Positions 26,401 through 37,579 of a DNA stretch of 64,000 nt are shown in pieces. Where the stretch lies: contig JAUCBJ010008124.1 in the NCBI GenBank assembly GCA_032718475.1, forward strand, positions 1-64,000, read 5' to 3'. The number at the start of each line of letters is the position of its first letter. The stretch's first letter is position 1. The notes beneath the pieces are model-generated. The model was not told the DNA's origin. It ran no database searches and saw nothing but the letters and a program-made list of their open reading frames with translations. Source of the DNA: Nemertoderma westbladi. Taxonomy: Eukaryota; Animalia; Xenacoelomorpha. The position numbers and the translations under genes are program-made.

Positions 26401-27878
26401 CATGCAATATTGTTTATCAGGCCAGAGATTCATTTGATCCTGTGAGGGTAAAACAGGCTATATCTGAAGAACTGCAAAAATGGAAGGATATGAACACCTA
26501 TACTGAAATTGAAAATGTTGGGCAACCTTTCATTACAACGACTTGGAATTTTGATGAACGAATTAAAGGTGGAATATTACGTCTTAAGGCAAGATTGTGT
26601 GCCAGAGGTTATGAGTGTTTTGATTCAATGCGTTCAGATTCCCCAACATGTGGTAAGGACTCTGTTAGAATTGGCCTTGTCATTATTACATCTAATAAAT
26701 GGAGGTTGAACACAATGGATATAAAGAGTGCATTCCTGCAAGGGCTTGATGTTGACAGAGATTTATTTATAAAGCCTCCAAAAGAGGCACTTACCAACAA
26801 GCTTTGGAGGTTGAATAAATGCGTATATGGTTTAAGTGAGGCTGGTAGACAGTGGTACTTAAAACTAGAACAAACCTTAAAGTCTGTTGGTATGGTAAAG
26901 TCTAAATATGACCCTGCGTTATTTTTTTATCATTATCAAGAACTTCTTCAAGGTATTATCTGCTGTCATGTCGACGACATCCTATGGGGAGGTACTGACA
27001 TATTTGTTCAACAAATAATCACTAAATTGCGCAAAGAGTTCCTTATAAGTACTGAGGAAAATACAATGTTGAAATATGTTGGTTTAAATCTAAAGCAAAG
27101 TAATAATGTCATATCACTTGACTTAAATGACTATATACGTAATACCGAAGGAGTGAAAGTCGATTCTAAGCGTCCTAAAGATAGTGCTTTAACACAGAAG
27201 GAAATTGCTGACCTTCGGAGTTTTTGTGGGAAACTCAACTGGATAGTTAGCCAATCTCGACCTGATTGCTTCTTTGAATCTTGTTACTTAGCCTGCATTG
27301 CCCGGAAAGGAACTGTGAAAGACTTGTATTATGCTAATAAGACATTAACAAAATTAAAGAATACAGAATGTATTTTATGTTATCCTGAGATTGGTAATTT
27401 ATCTAAATCATACATTGTCATATATACTGATGCCAGTTTTGGAAATCTTCCCGATTCAGGTTCTCAGGCAGGCTATATTGCATTTCTAGTTGGTGAGAAT
27501 GGTCATTGTGCTCCAATTAGCTGGAAGAGCCATCGTATACGACGAGTAGTGAAGAGTACATTGGCAGCGGAAGCTCTTGCATGTTCTGCAGCCTGTGAGG
27601 ATGCATATGCTTTGTCTTGCACTGTATCAGAAATTATAAATACTAAACATACACCAGTATATGTCCTAACTGATAACCAATCATTGGTAGATGCTATTGA
27701 CTCTTCAAAGCCGGTTATTGAGAAACGACTTCGACTCGAGATTGCTGTACTCAAGGAAATGGTTGATAAAGGGGAAGTCGATGGATTAACCTGGGTTCCA
27801 ACATACAATCAACTTGCGGATTGTTTAACTAAACAAGTAGCAGTCAATATACGACTGCTAAACTTATTGGTATTTTGA
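23481..27878 (+). CDS. gag-pol: Copia Gag-Pol polyprotein (1465 aa from first ATG), uninterrupted
   Basis: CCHC knuckle CSVCHSIYHWAANC; protease IDCGC; integrase HRQFAH..CKIC, LDL, SDNGGEF, ERHN; RT KARLCARG, DIKSAFLQG, VYGL, HVDD; RNase H YTDASF, TDN, QLADCLTK. Confidence 0.96.
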   Translation: MAMSSSTASDRSTSSYKAPPQLRDGVSYEIWKKEVSAWKHFTDIRADKQGTALALSLSGKARDAAFELELAQLNSAGGLDLVIQKLDSLYELSRPLVIFQAINSFIKFRRPADMSMVDYLIEFERLYNKCKMYNLNFPEEFLAYQLLECASLSEADSHLARASVNEFTYKDMKLQITRIHGDSRISGESNNSDTMNIKVEPTFPAVHTTEPIFEEEYYQDYNDGYQWNEPNPHEEDVYYTYRGPFRGGYNNRGPRRSGNYYRSFKQRFPRQQPGRVANLRRHYGGIGSTSTSKINPLDYDGKPSGCSVCHSIYHWAANCPELPQEEDCKITLFTDKDIHPDTELFGETIGCAIIDCGCTATVCGKSWVAIYIDSLNGSDQRLVKKTPSSTVFKFGDGNRNVSLYKLEIPIYIGSRKIFLVTDVVDCEIPLLFSQPSLKKAKAVINFKNDTVTMFGEPQKVMVTKTGHYCLTLSRSMNPSNSDTRRCLFAAPLDELEGSDLNNAVYKLHRQFAHPHADALKNLIKTAECKNPEIMSIVDEISKECKICRIYKKPSPRPVVGLPTATQFNEMVGLDLKEFRPGVYFLHMVDHVTRYGSAAVIRSKKKEVVVEKLMEYWIRIFGAPKKFLSDNGGEFINHELIELSEQFNILIKTTAAESAWSNGLVERHNGILSTMVEKILADTPCKLEIAVHWAVAAKNSLQNVYGYSPNSLVFGCNPIIPSNMVNKPPALSGLGISDLICANIKALHSARNAYIQQESSEKLRRALNKQVRSYSDTIFLNGDNVYYKRNNSSAWKGPARILGSDGQQFLVKHGGLYYRVHPCRMTLASIPLEVKERSIDPKNDNKVNSEGKEVDNKQKRAIPSDGDDETDGEKQPNNSIPHDITTANNQTTEKPSTQDGKLEMPKTNDNIKYQPMGSSDWKTGKVIGRAGKASGKYWHCYNIKDKITGDSKCLSFKDDIQQWNFDHGTEDEDKSCNIVYQARDSFDPVRVKQAISEELQKWKDMNTYTEIENVGQPFITTTWNFDERIKGGILRLKARLCARGYECFDSMRSDSPTCGKDSVRIGLVIITSNKWRLNTMDIKSAFLQGLDVDRDLFIKPPKEALTNKLWRLNKCVYGLSEAGRQWYLKLEQTLKSVGMVKSKYDPALFFYHYQELLQGIICCHVDDILWGGTDIFVQQIITKLRKEFLISTEENTMLKYVGLNLKQSNNVISLDLNDYIRNTEGVKVDSKRPKDSALTQKEIADLRSFCGKLNWIVSQSRPDCFFESCYLACIARKGTVKDLYYANKTLTKLKNTECILCYPEIGNLSKSYIVIYTDASFGNLPDSGSQAGYIAFLVGENGHCAPISWKSHRIRRVVKSTLAAEALACSAACEDAYALSCTVSEIINTKHTPVYVLTDNQSLVDAIDSSKPVIEKRLRLEIAVLKEMVDKGEVDGLTWVPTYNQLADCLTKQVAVNIRLLNLLVF

Positions 27879-27998
27879 ATGGAAACATATATTTCGATAA
27901 ACTAAACAACACTATGTTAAATATTGCCAAGGACCACAAATATTAAATAACTTAATACTTGCAACGATGAAGGATCAAAAGTGGTTTGTTTTACAAAT

Positions 27999-28013
27999 AG
28001 AAAGAAAGTGAGA
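27999..28013 (+). promoter_or_regulatory. Copia polypurine tract
   Basis: AGAAAGAAAGTGAGA just before the 3' LTR start at 28015. Confidence 0.8.
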
Positions 28014-28014
28014 T

Positions 28015-28190
28015 TGTTAAATTAGGCCTAAGGCCTAGTAGGCTACCGGACTAACTGATACATAGATTTAACCGGTACTTGGTGTTGGTAGAATATATTA
28101 ACATATATTATAACATAATAACATATATTATATACCGGTACTTTATAGTCTGGGCATGGAGCCTAATATAGAAGTTATTTGATTATAAAC
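28015..28190 (+). repeat. Copia 3' LTR, first part
   Basis: Identical to the 5' LTR except position 6 (G/A); interrupted after ..GATTATAAAC. Confidence 0.97.
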
Positions 28191-28736
28191 TGTTAGCTTA
28201 TTCAATCCCGCTAACACCCCATAAAGTTTAGCCGATAAGCAATATTGGGAGCCACGAGATTGGGTAATTAACCAACTCGTGCCATCCCAATAAGAATGGG
28301 AAGGAAACACACAATGAGGGTCAGGGGCCAAACCCCTAACCCAGAGAGAACAGGTGGAGTGAACGGGAACACTCCAAAGGGCGCCAACAAGGGTATCAAC
28401 CAATCAGAGGGGGGAAAGGCATCGATTAGGTAGAGTAACAAGGCCAACCGTGCAATATAGCCACTTGGCAGTAATCATATCAATTCAGTTATCTCAGTGC
28501 AATACTGGTGCTAGTTTAGGTTACATAGTTTAGCTAGGGAAGGACCGGGACTTTAGTTACCGTATCCCGCCTTCCGTGTACAACAACAATATTATCTCAT
28601 ATCTATATCTGTATCTATATCTCTATACCCAAACATTATATACGACGAACAGCACAAACTCATTCACTCTTTACACACGGCGGGGACGCGTAAACTAACA
28701 ACGGATAAACCGGGATCCCTCTTGGATCCCGTCACA
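28191..28736 (+). repeat. BEL/Pao 5' LTR (546 bp)
   Basis: Matches 40102-40647 with 13 substitutions by eye. Initiator-like TCAGTT at 28485-28490. Confidence 0.97.
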
Positions 28737-28819
28737 GTAACTAAAACCGAGCTGCTGCCCTAGTTAAACTGTAACAACTGCTGCCCTAGCTAGCTGAACT
28801 CCACCGATCACCAACCGAG

Positions 28820-31800
28820 ATGAGTCAGTCGGGAGAGATAACACCGACGCGGACCCCGGACGAAGAGCTAACGATCCGCGAGGCCGCAACCAGGCGATAC
28901 AGGCCCACAACGCCGGACCCATCGGTAACGGGTCATCCGGCAGTTCAGGACGAGGGGGGCCTGGAACCCGAGGTCGAGCCGAGAGGAAGAGAGAGCGAGA
29001 CGGAGGGAGACGGAGACGAGTCGACACGGGACGGGGGTCGACGCACCGGTGTCGCCGGCCAGCCACAGGCCGAGGGCGACGAGCGGCCCACCGAAACGGC
29101 GACGGTGGGGCCGACGGTGCGGCCCCGGACGCAGAGAGACGAAGGAGATATCGGTACCGATGTCGCCGGCCAGCCACAGGCCGAGGGCGACGGACGGCCC
29201 ACCGGAACGGCGACGGTGGGGCCGCCGGTACGACGTCGAACCCGGAGAGACGGACGAGAGGTCGGCGACGAGGACGTCGGGGTTTCTGAGCGACTTCGAC
29301 GGGCCTACAACGCGACCCGGAGACTACTAGACGAGGCCAGAAAGGGGAAGACGATAGACGAGGTAAAACTAAAGTCAGGACTAGGTAAGTCGGACAGACA
29401 TTTATATTATCTGATGCGCTTCGGGCAGAGAGAACTAGCCGAGGAGAGAGCGAAAGGGGTTGCCAGTGAACTGTTCGAACTATGGGAATGTGGGAGTATG
29501 GAACCTAGCGTAGCGTCAGTGTACATAGGGCCATACTTGGTCGATGCCCGGGGTATAAAATTAGTGGGTTGGAACAGACCTGAAGGGGGCGAATCCGAGG
29601 TTAACCCCGAGGATTCGGCCTCGTCGGTCGGAGGAAGTTCCGGGAAGCGGGGGAAAGTTAGTAGGACGGGGAGGCGAAGGGAGTCCGTCGTGACCGATAA
29701 GTCTGCTACATCCTCCGCGAAAGAAAGACTGGTGAGAGAGGCAGGTGCCGCGTACCGTCTCGAGCTGATAGAGCAAGGTCAGAGGGAAATGGATAAACGG
29801 CTAGAGGAGGGGAGAATGCGGCTAGAGAGGGAAGCGGCATTGATTAGAGAAACCGGAGAGAAGGCCGAAAGGGCTTTGAGAAGCCTTAGGGAGTATGATG
29901 AAATAGAGTTGAAGGAACAAGAGGAGCGTGTGGCAAGAGAGAAAAGTGAACGCGAGAAACGTGAGGTGAGAGAGAAAAGTGAACGCAAGGAGCGTGAGGC
30001 GAAGTGGGAAAGTGAACGAAAGGAACGTGAGGCGGAACGCGAGAAACGTGAGGCGAGGGAGGAAAGTGAACGAAAGGAACGTGAGGCGGAACGCGAGAAA
30101 CGTGAGGCGAGGGAGGAAAGTGAACGCAGAGAGCGTGAAGCGAGACGAAGGGAGAGCGCTAGGAGAGTAGCAGAGTTGGCTGGCCAGGACGCGCGGGAGT
30201 GTGAGAGGAGAATGGCAGAAGCTGAGCGAGAGCAAAAGGAATTAGAGAGACGCCAAAGTGAGCTTTCGGAACATAGGATTAGACGCGCGCACGAGTTGCA
30301 AATGGTGCGGGCGGGGGCGTCTGAGAGCGAGACTGGCTCGAGTATTTTAGAGGAGCCAGGGGCCGTGGATGCATTTATTAATACCCCACTTACAGGGACC
30401 GCACGACAGACCCAAAACTGGTGTGACCGTACGGGCGGGGGGGGGGGGGGGGGGGGGGGGTAATAATGATAATGGTACAGTAGACGTGGTTAATATTAAT
30501 AGTACCGTATGGGATAATTCTAATCAAACCTTTATTGCAGGAAATACTTTACCTAGTGGTAGTAATTTAAATTTAAATCAGAACAATCCTAATGTTAATG
30601 TAGAAAATAATTCTAATAATGTGGTTATACAAAGTAATCCAAATAATTTAAATAATAGCCCGAATTCGAACCTACAAAATAATTTAAGTAACGCAATTAC
30701 GCAAAATAATCCAAATAATTTAAATAATGATCCAAGCCCGAATTTACAAAATAATTCAGATAGTGTAGTCGCGCAAGATAATTCAAATGATTTTATTTCG
30801 AACGAACAAATTAATTCCGTTTCCAATACGGGTGCTATTAATGTAAACACGTCGGGCGTGTATGGCCAGACAGATGGGGCCCTGGTAGGCCACGTAGTTA
30901 GTAGGCCGGAAGTAGCTGGGTTAGGTAGACCCGGCGAGGGCCTGGTAGGCCACGTAGTTGGTAGGCAGGGAGTGGCTGGGTTAGGTAGACCCGGCGAGGG
31001 CCTGGTAGGCCACGTAGTTGGTAGGCAGGGAGTGGCTGGGTTGAATAGACCCAGCGAGGGCCTGGTAGGCCACATAGTCGGTAGGCAGGGAGCAGAGGGC
31101 CTGGTAGGCCACGCAATAGCAGAGAGAGAGGCGGGGGTGAATAGACCCGACCGCGGTAGGGTTGATGTGTCGACTAGAGAGGGATATAGTAGCGGGATGA
31201 GAGATAGCGAAGTTAGATGTGGCGAGTGGGGGGGGGGGGGGGGCTACGAGAGCCCCACAACAGCGAGTTAGCGGCGAAAGGGGGGGGGGGCAGAGAGTGT
31301 CCCACAGCCGTCAGCGGATAATGCGAGGGCCGAAATAGGTAAACCGCAACAACCGGCAACGGAAAGTAATAGGGGGATTGCGAGTATCCCCAGCGGCGTG
31401 CGACCGAGCAGAGAGAGACAGGTTGACGTCGTAAGAGGGCGGACGAAGCGTTGAGCCCGATCAGAAGAGGGAAGAAGAACAGTGGGGTTTAACCGGGAGG
31501 TCGACGAGAGATCTCACGAATGGGAATATTCCACTGAAAGGAGAAGAAGAGAAGACAGTAGTAGAAGTATCGCCGCGAACGATAGAAGAGCGAGGACGGA
31601 TAGCGAGCCGTCGGTAGTCGAGATGAGAACGGAGAGTCAGTGGGGTCGGACTCCGGGAGATTGCCGTCGCCCCGGAGAGATGCGACCCGGTGAGGTGCAT
31701 TGCGCGCCAACGAGAGCAGTAGAGGAGGGGGTCGAAGAGAAACTTTCCGACGGAATATACCTACCGATCGAGAGTACGGTAGCCACGGGGAGGACTATTC

Positions 31801-33331
31801 GAGAAGAATAAACTTCGATCCCAAGCGACACATGCAGACTGCAGGACATACTGTAGGCCTTACTGCACATACCATAGGCCATACTGAGAGAGGCAATGTA
31901 GGGGATAGGATGGCGCGGACAACGGGATTAAACCCGGAAGTCGCGGAATACATACCGGCGAGTAGGCCAGAAGCTGATAGGCCTATACCGGTACCAGTAC
32001 AGCAGTATGACTACAGCATGCAGGGACATAACATATACCCAGGGGAGGGGGGAATTATTGCGGATAGGTGTATGGGCCCCAACATATTAACATCAACCCC
32101 ATTACCAAACATACCGGCGGGGGGGGGGGGGGGGCAGGGTGACATTCCCCCATCACAATATCAACAATATACCCTGATAGGAGCAAGAACAACGAGACCC
32201 TTAGATGAAAACAGGTCGTGTGACACAGAAATATGGAGGGGGCCGCTACCTCCGATGACATACCCAAGTCAGAGAAGATCAAGAAATAGGACGGACGAAC
32301 CGCGCCAGACAGGAGAAACTATACAGCACCCGTCGAATCCATTGGAAGCGCAGGCGATGGGGATGGCCACGTTGATCGATGCGTTGAAAACGAGGATCGA
32401 GCTACCACCCGTGGAACCATTCAAATTCGATGGGAGTAGGCCGGAAGAATATCTACAGTTTCGGCGCATGTATAGTAACGAAATACTAACAAAAAACTTG
32501 ACGCAGGCGGAGTGCCTAAAGTATCTGCAAGTATATACGGGAGGCCCAGCATACGATATCATGAGGCAATATCAAGGAATAGAGGGCGGCTTCACGACAG
32601 CATGGCGGGCACTGGATAGGGAATACGGGCACCCGGCCAAGATCATCAGGCAGACGCTGAGGGGCATAACATCGGGTGGCCTACAGGATAATCCCGTTAG
32701 CATTAAGACGTTCGCTAACAAAGTCGAAAAGGCGCTGATCGTGCTGAAGACGCTAGACGCGCCATACGAGCTCAATGCGTCCAATAACATCACCACGATA
32801 GCGCAGGCACTACCGAGTTGGATGCGCAACAAGTGGAGGAAAATTGCTTTCTCCACTCGAGACAAGAAGGGTGCGGAACCGGGTTTAGAAGAAATGTCAA
32901 ACTTCTTAAACTACGAGGCTGAGCTAATAACTGACCCAGTCTACAGCGAAGATAGCCTGGGAAAGGGACCGAAGACGGAATACCATAGACCGAAACCAGA
33001 GCACAATACATCAAACGCATTACCGAGGCTCAGGCAATCATTTCCATATGCAGCGACGCAGGGGACTGCAAGTCCACAGCTAGCCGAAGATGAGACAACA
33101 CCATGGAACGGACAGGGGAACAATAACAGCACGAATAAACATAACCCCAGTACGTCCAGTAGGCTGAATCCAAACAATAAGAATAGTAGGGACTTTGGTA
33201 CGAACGCAACTGCGATACGCAATGCGCTGTATAAAGAGGGCTACGACCCAAAGAGCAAATGCCAGCTACACGCAAATGCGCTTCATCAAACCATGAACTG
33301 CAGGTACTGCTACCTAGGCAAGATCAGATAG
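28820..33331 (+). pseudogene. gag: BEL/Pao gag region with very long low-complexity N-terminal extension, broken into several ORFs
   Basis: ORFs 28820..30463 (E/R coiled coil), 30369..31271 (Asn-rich, 20-aa repeats) and 31700..33331 (ELPPVEPFKFDG..L..EYG Pao Gag core, first knuckle). Several breaks fall at long G homopolymers. Confidence 0.8.
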
Positions 33332-36300
33332 ATTATGCGTTGAGCAATAATATCTGCTCGCGATGTGTAATGAGTGGACATAGAGCAAGGGAGTGCAAGG
33401 AGAAGCCGACAAAATTTGGTCAGAGAAGAGGCCAAACGATGGCGACGAGCACAGTAGGAGCGAAGAAGAGAGGAACGGTGCTACTTGGAGTAGTACCCGT
33501 GCGAGTGATTGGGGAAGGCAATCGATCAATAACAACGCTAATGCTGGTTGATAGTGGAGCTGCCTTCACATTAGTCGAGGAATGGGTGGCCGAAGAGATA
33601 GGATTGAGAACGAGGCCAAGCAGAATGGCGGTAACAACCATCTCTAGCAAAGATGAGATCCTAGAGATGAGGACAGGACGGTGCGCAATTGCAGCAGTGG
33701 CACCAGGATGCGATTATGGGGCAACCATCGACCCCATCCAAGTAATAGAGTCAATTAACATCAATGCCAGGCGGCCAACCAACATCGAGGTCGAGCAATA
33801 CAAATTCCTGGACGACATTGACTTCTCGATCCCAGACGTGTACGTTAGGAAGGTATCCATCATAGTAGGAATGGACTGCCCGACGGCCCACGAAAGAATG
33901 CAAACGGTCTTCGGCGAAGACAAGCAGAGTGACCCGGTGGCCATACTAACACCATTCGGGTGGACGCTGAGTGGTCCAATTAAGAGCAAGATACCATTCA
34001 GGATGTCGGAGACATCAGGATGCATGTTCGCGGGAACAATGCAGGAAATGGGTGATGAGGGAGCAGAGGAGCAGCTTAAAAGACTGCTCAGACAAGACTT
34101 TGAGGGACTGAAAGAGACCGGGGTCGGGACCTCGGTAGAAGACAAGCAGGCTCTACAAAGCGTGGAGGAATCGATGACGTGTGATGAGGGGCGGTATACA
34201 ATAGGAATGGTATGGAAACTACCGAAGATACCGCTACCCGATAATAGAGGGATGGTACTCACGAGACTCCGCAAGCTGAAACAAACACTAAAACGGAGCC
34301 CCGAGAAGAATGAGTACATCCACAGGACGATTAAGAAGTACGTCGAGAAAGGATGGGCCGTGGAGTTACCGGTCGACGAGCCGAACACGGACAGGACATA
34401 TTACCTGCCACTACACGTGGCCATAGACCCAAAGAAAGGTAAACTACGGATGGTAGTCGACGCATCGGCAAAGACAGACGGAAAATGCTTAAACGATTAC
34501 CTGTTAGAAGGCCCAAACATATACAATTCGGGCATAGAGGTGCTACTTAGATTTCGAAATGGGAAACACGCCTTCACGTGTGACATAGAAGGCATGTTCA
34601 ACCAAGTCCGTGTAACGGAAGAAGATAGCGACAGTCAACGCTTCATATGGTATAACGGCGAGGAAGAACCGCCGATAATACCAGCATATAAGATGGTAGT
34701 ACAGAACATGGGGGCCAAGTCGTCTTCATTTACGACGACTATGGCAGTGAGAGACACAGTGAAAGGGAAGGAAGATAGATACAGCAGTAGGGCCGTCGAT
34801 ATGATTCGATGTGGCTTCTACATAGACGACGGAATTGAATCTGGAAATACGGTTAAAGAAATACTGGACACAGGGCGCGAGGTTCGCGACATCCTAAAAG
34901 GATCCGGTTTTAACCTGACCAAATTCCAATCCAGTTCGGAAGAATTTATCAAGGCGATAGAGGACAAGAGGCCAGAATCGACCATGGATAATCCCACAAT
35001 GGCCAAAGGGCAGGACATGGCGATTAAAAGAACAGAATCTCAACAGAAGGCGTTGGGAATCGTGTGGGATAGAGAGACAGACGAACTTAAATATCAGCTG
35101 AGCCAGGAGGGCGCAGACATCCACACGAAGAGGGGCTATGTATCGTATATAGCAAGGATATACGATCCCCTAGGCCTAGCATCCCCATTATTAGTCACGG
35201 GGAAACAGATACTCAAAAGATTATACAAATTGAAGGATGAGTGGGACGTAGAGGTACCAGAGGAAATCAAGAAGCAGTGGAGCAAGTGGACAAGAGACTT
35301 GGAGAAGATGGGAACATACAACATGCCTCGAGTGTATTTCCTGGATGGGAACATGACGAGTCTGGACCTACACATGTTCTCCGATGCGTCGTTGGAGGCG
35401 TACGGAGCGGCACTCTATTTAGTACAACGAGAGGGGGCTCATAAGCCCAGACTAGCCTTTAGCAAAGCAAAGTCAACGCCGCCAGATTCAGCATCAGTTC
35501 CCAAGTTAGAATTGACAGCTGCGAGACTAGGAGTTAGAGCCACAGCCTACCTAGTGGATACTATTCCCAACATAGTGGAGACACACTACTGGACGGACTC
35601 CATGGTAGTGCTTGGTTGGCTACATAACGAAAGGACGAGATACCCGATATTCGTCGCAAATAGAGTGGACGAAATAAGGGCGACCACAGAACTGGAAAGG
35701 TGGCACTACTGCCCAACAGACGAGAACCCAGCGGACTTGCTGTCGAGGGGCGTAGAACGCCACACTTTCCTGAAGAAGGAAGTATTGTGGCAGCATGGGC
35801 CACAATTTCTGAGCGATAAGGAGGCCTGGCCGCCGATGAGAAAGGTGGATCCGGGCTCAGAAGTGGTATCAGAAGGAGAAGAGGGAGATTCAGAGGGAGA
35901 AGAGATATACTCCCAGATGGTGAGGGAGATTAGGGACGTGCAACCAGGACGAGAACTGTGCGATAACCCGACGGATAAACTCCTCAGCTACAGTTCTAGT
36001 TGGTATAAGACCAAGAAACTAGTGGCGTACTGGAGAGCCTTCGGGAATTTCCTTGCGGGAGTCGGCAAGGACAAGAAGATCAGGACAACCATAGATCTGG
36101 AAGGAGCGGCCAAGGCAGTGATCCGCTATGAACAACGGAAGAACTATGGCGACGAGGTGGAACGCGTCGGTAACCAACAGCACCTCCGACGGGACAGCGA
36201 GTTGATTACGCTGTCGCCACAACTCAATGACGACGGGATTCTAGTAATGAATTCTAGGGTGGGATACAACAATAGCATAGTCGTACCACCGAAACCCATC

Positions 36301-37459
36301 ATCATTCCTACAGGATCGCCAATAGTCCACCAGATTATCTGGGACTTCCCATAAGTCGATATTGCACGGGGGCACCAACCGAACCCTCACAGAGATAAGG
36401 AGGACCTATTGGGTCAAACAATTAAGGAAGAAGGTTAAAGCGGTAGTGGGGCAGTGCCAGACCTGCCGACGAGCGAAGAAGGAGCGAGCCGTACAGGAGA
36501 TGGCGCCACTACCGGCGAGTAGGGTAAGACAGCACGACCCGCCATTTACGCATTGCGGTGTGGACATGTTCGGGCCGATAAAGATCAAAGTGATGCGACA
36601 CACGGAGAAACGCTACGGCATCATCTTCGTATGCAACAACACACGGGCGGTAGGGATAGAACTCGCCCAAGATGCAACTGCATCAGCATTCATTAATGCC
36701 TTAGAAAGGTTTAGGGACTGCAAAGGTGGGACGATCGCAGTGATATACAGCGACAACGGCACCAACTTTGTGGGCGCAGAGAGTGAGATGGCAGAGGCCT
36801 TGGACATCTTGGAGGGAGAAGAAGTCAGGGCAGCCATGAGGCGACGACAAGTAAAGTGGGAGAGAAGGACGCCGTATGCACCACATACACTAGGGTGCGT
36901 CGAGAGACTGGTGGGCAGTTCAAAGCATCTAATGACGAAGCTAATGAACACCCACATGGTCACTGAGGACGTCTTACGGACAGTACTTGCGAAGTGCGAG
37001 GGGATCATTAATAGCAGACCGCTATATCCGGAGAATGATGACCCTGATTCGTTAGACGTGCTGACGCCTAGCCATTTCCTGATGGAAAGGCCAGCGACCA
37101 TCGATATGCGGGGTGTAGACCCAGATGACATACACTCCCGCCAAAGTTGGAAAGTCGCTAAAGCAATAAGCGCAGAGTATTGGAGGAGGTGGGTAGAAGA
37201 ATACCTACCCACGCTCCATAAGCGAAGCAAGTGGAGGAAGCCGAACAGGGAGTTAAGAGTAGGAGATCTCGTAATCGTTACGGATGATACTATCATCAAC
37301 AACCAGTGGCGGTTGGCGAGAGTTGTAGGCACCTACTCCGATGAGGACGGAAGAGTCCGATCGGTAGAAGTGCGGATAGGTGGTAAGATAGGTGCGAAGG
37401 ACAGGAAAACCTACAGGAGAGCAGTAGGCAAATGCTGTCTGCTAGAAGGAGCACCTTAA
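33259..37459 (+). pseudogene. pol: BEL/Pao pol (PR, RT, RNase H, IN) with a frameshift near 36350
   Basis: Knuckle CSRCVMSGHRAREC; protease LVDSGA; RT DIEGMF, FYIDD; RNase H FSDAS; integrase HGG..CQTC, VDMFGP, SDNGTNF, ERL. An extra C in GACTTCCCATAAG breaks ..DFHKSILHGG... Confidence 0.93.
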
Positions 37460-37579
37460 CTTGGAGTTAGAGTAGAGTTTAGTCGTCCAAGATTTGGACT
37501 GAGGGGGGTGGGATTGAGGGCGAGACGCCCTTCCCACACAAATAAAATAAAAACAAAATAAAAATAATAAGTACACAGT

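Noticed and set aside
33714-37332. Antisense ORFs over BEL pol (224 aa, 239 aa) and similar short ORFs over Copia and LINE
   Set aside because: Shadow frames of real coding sequence.
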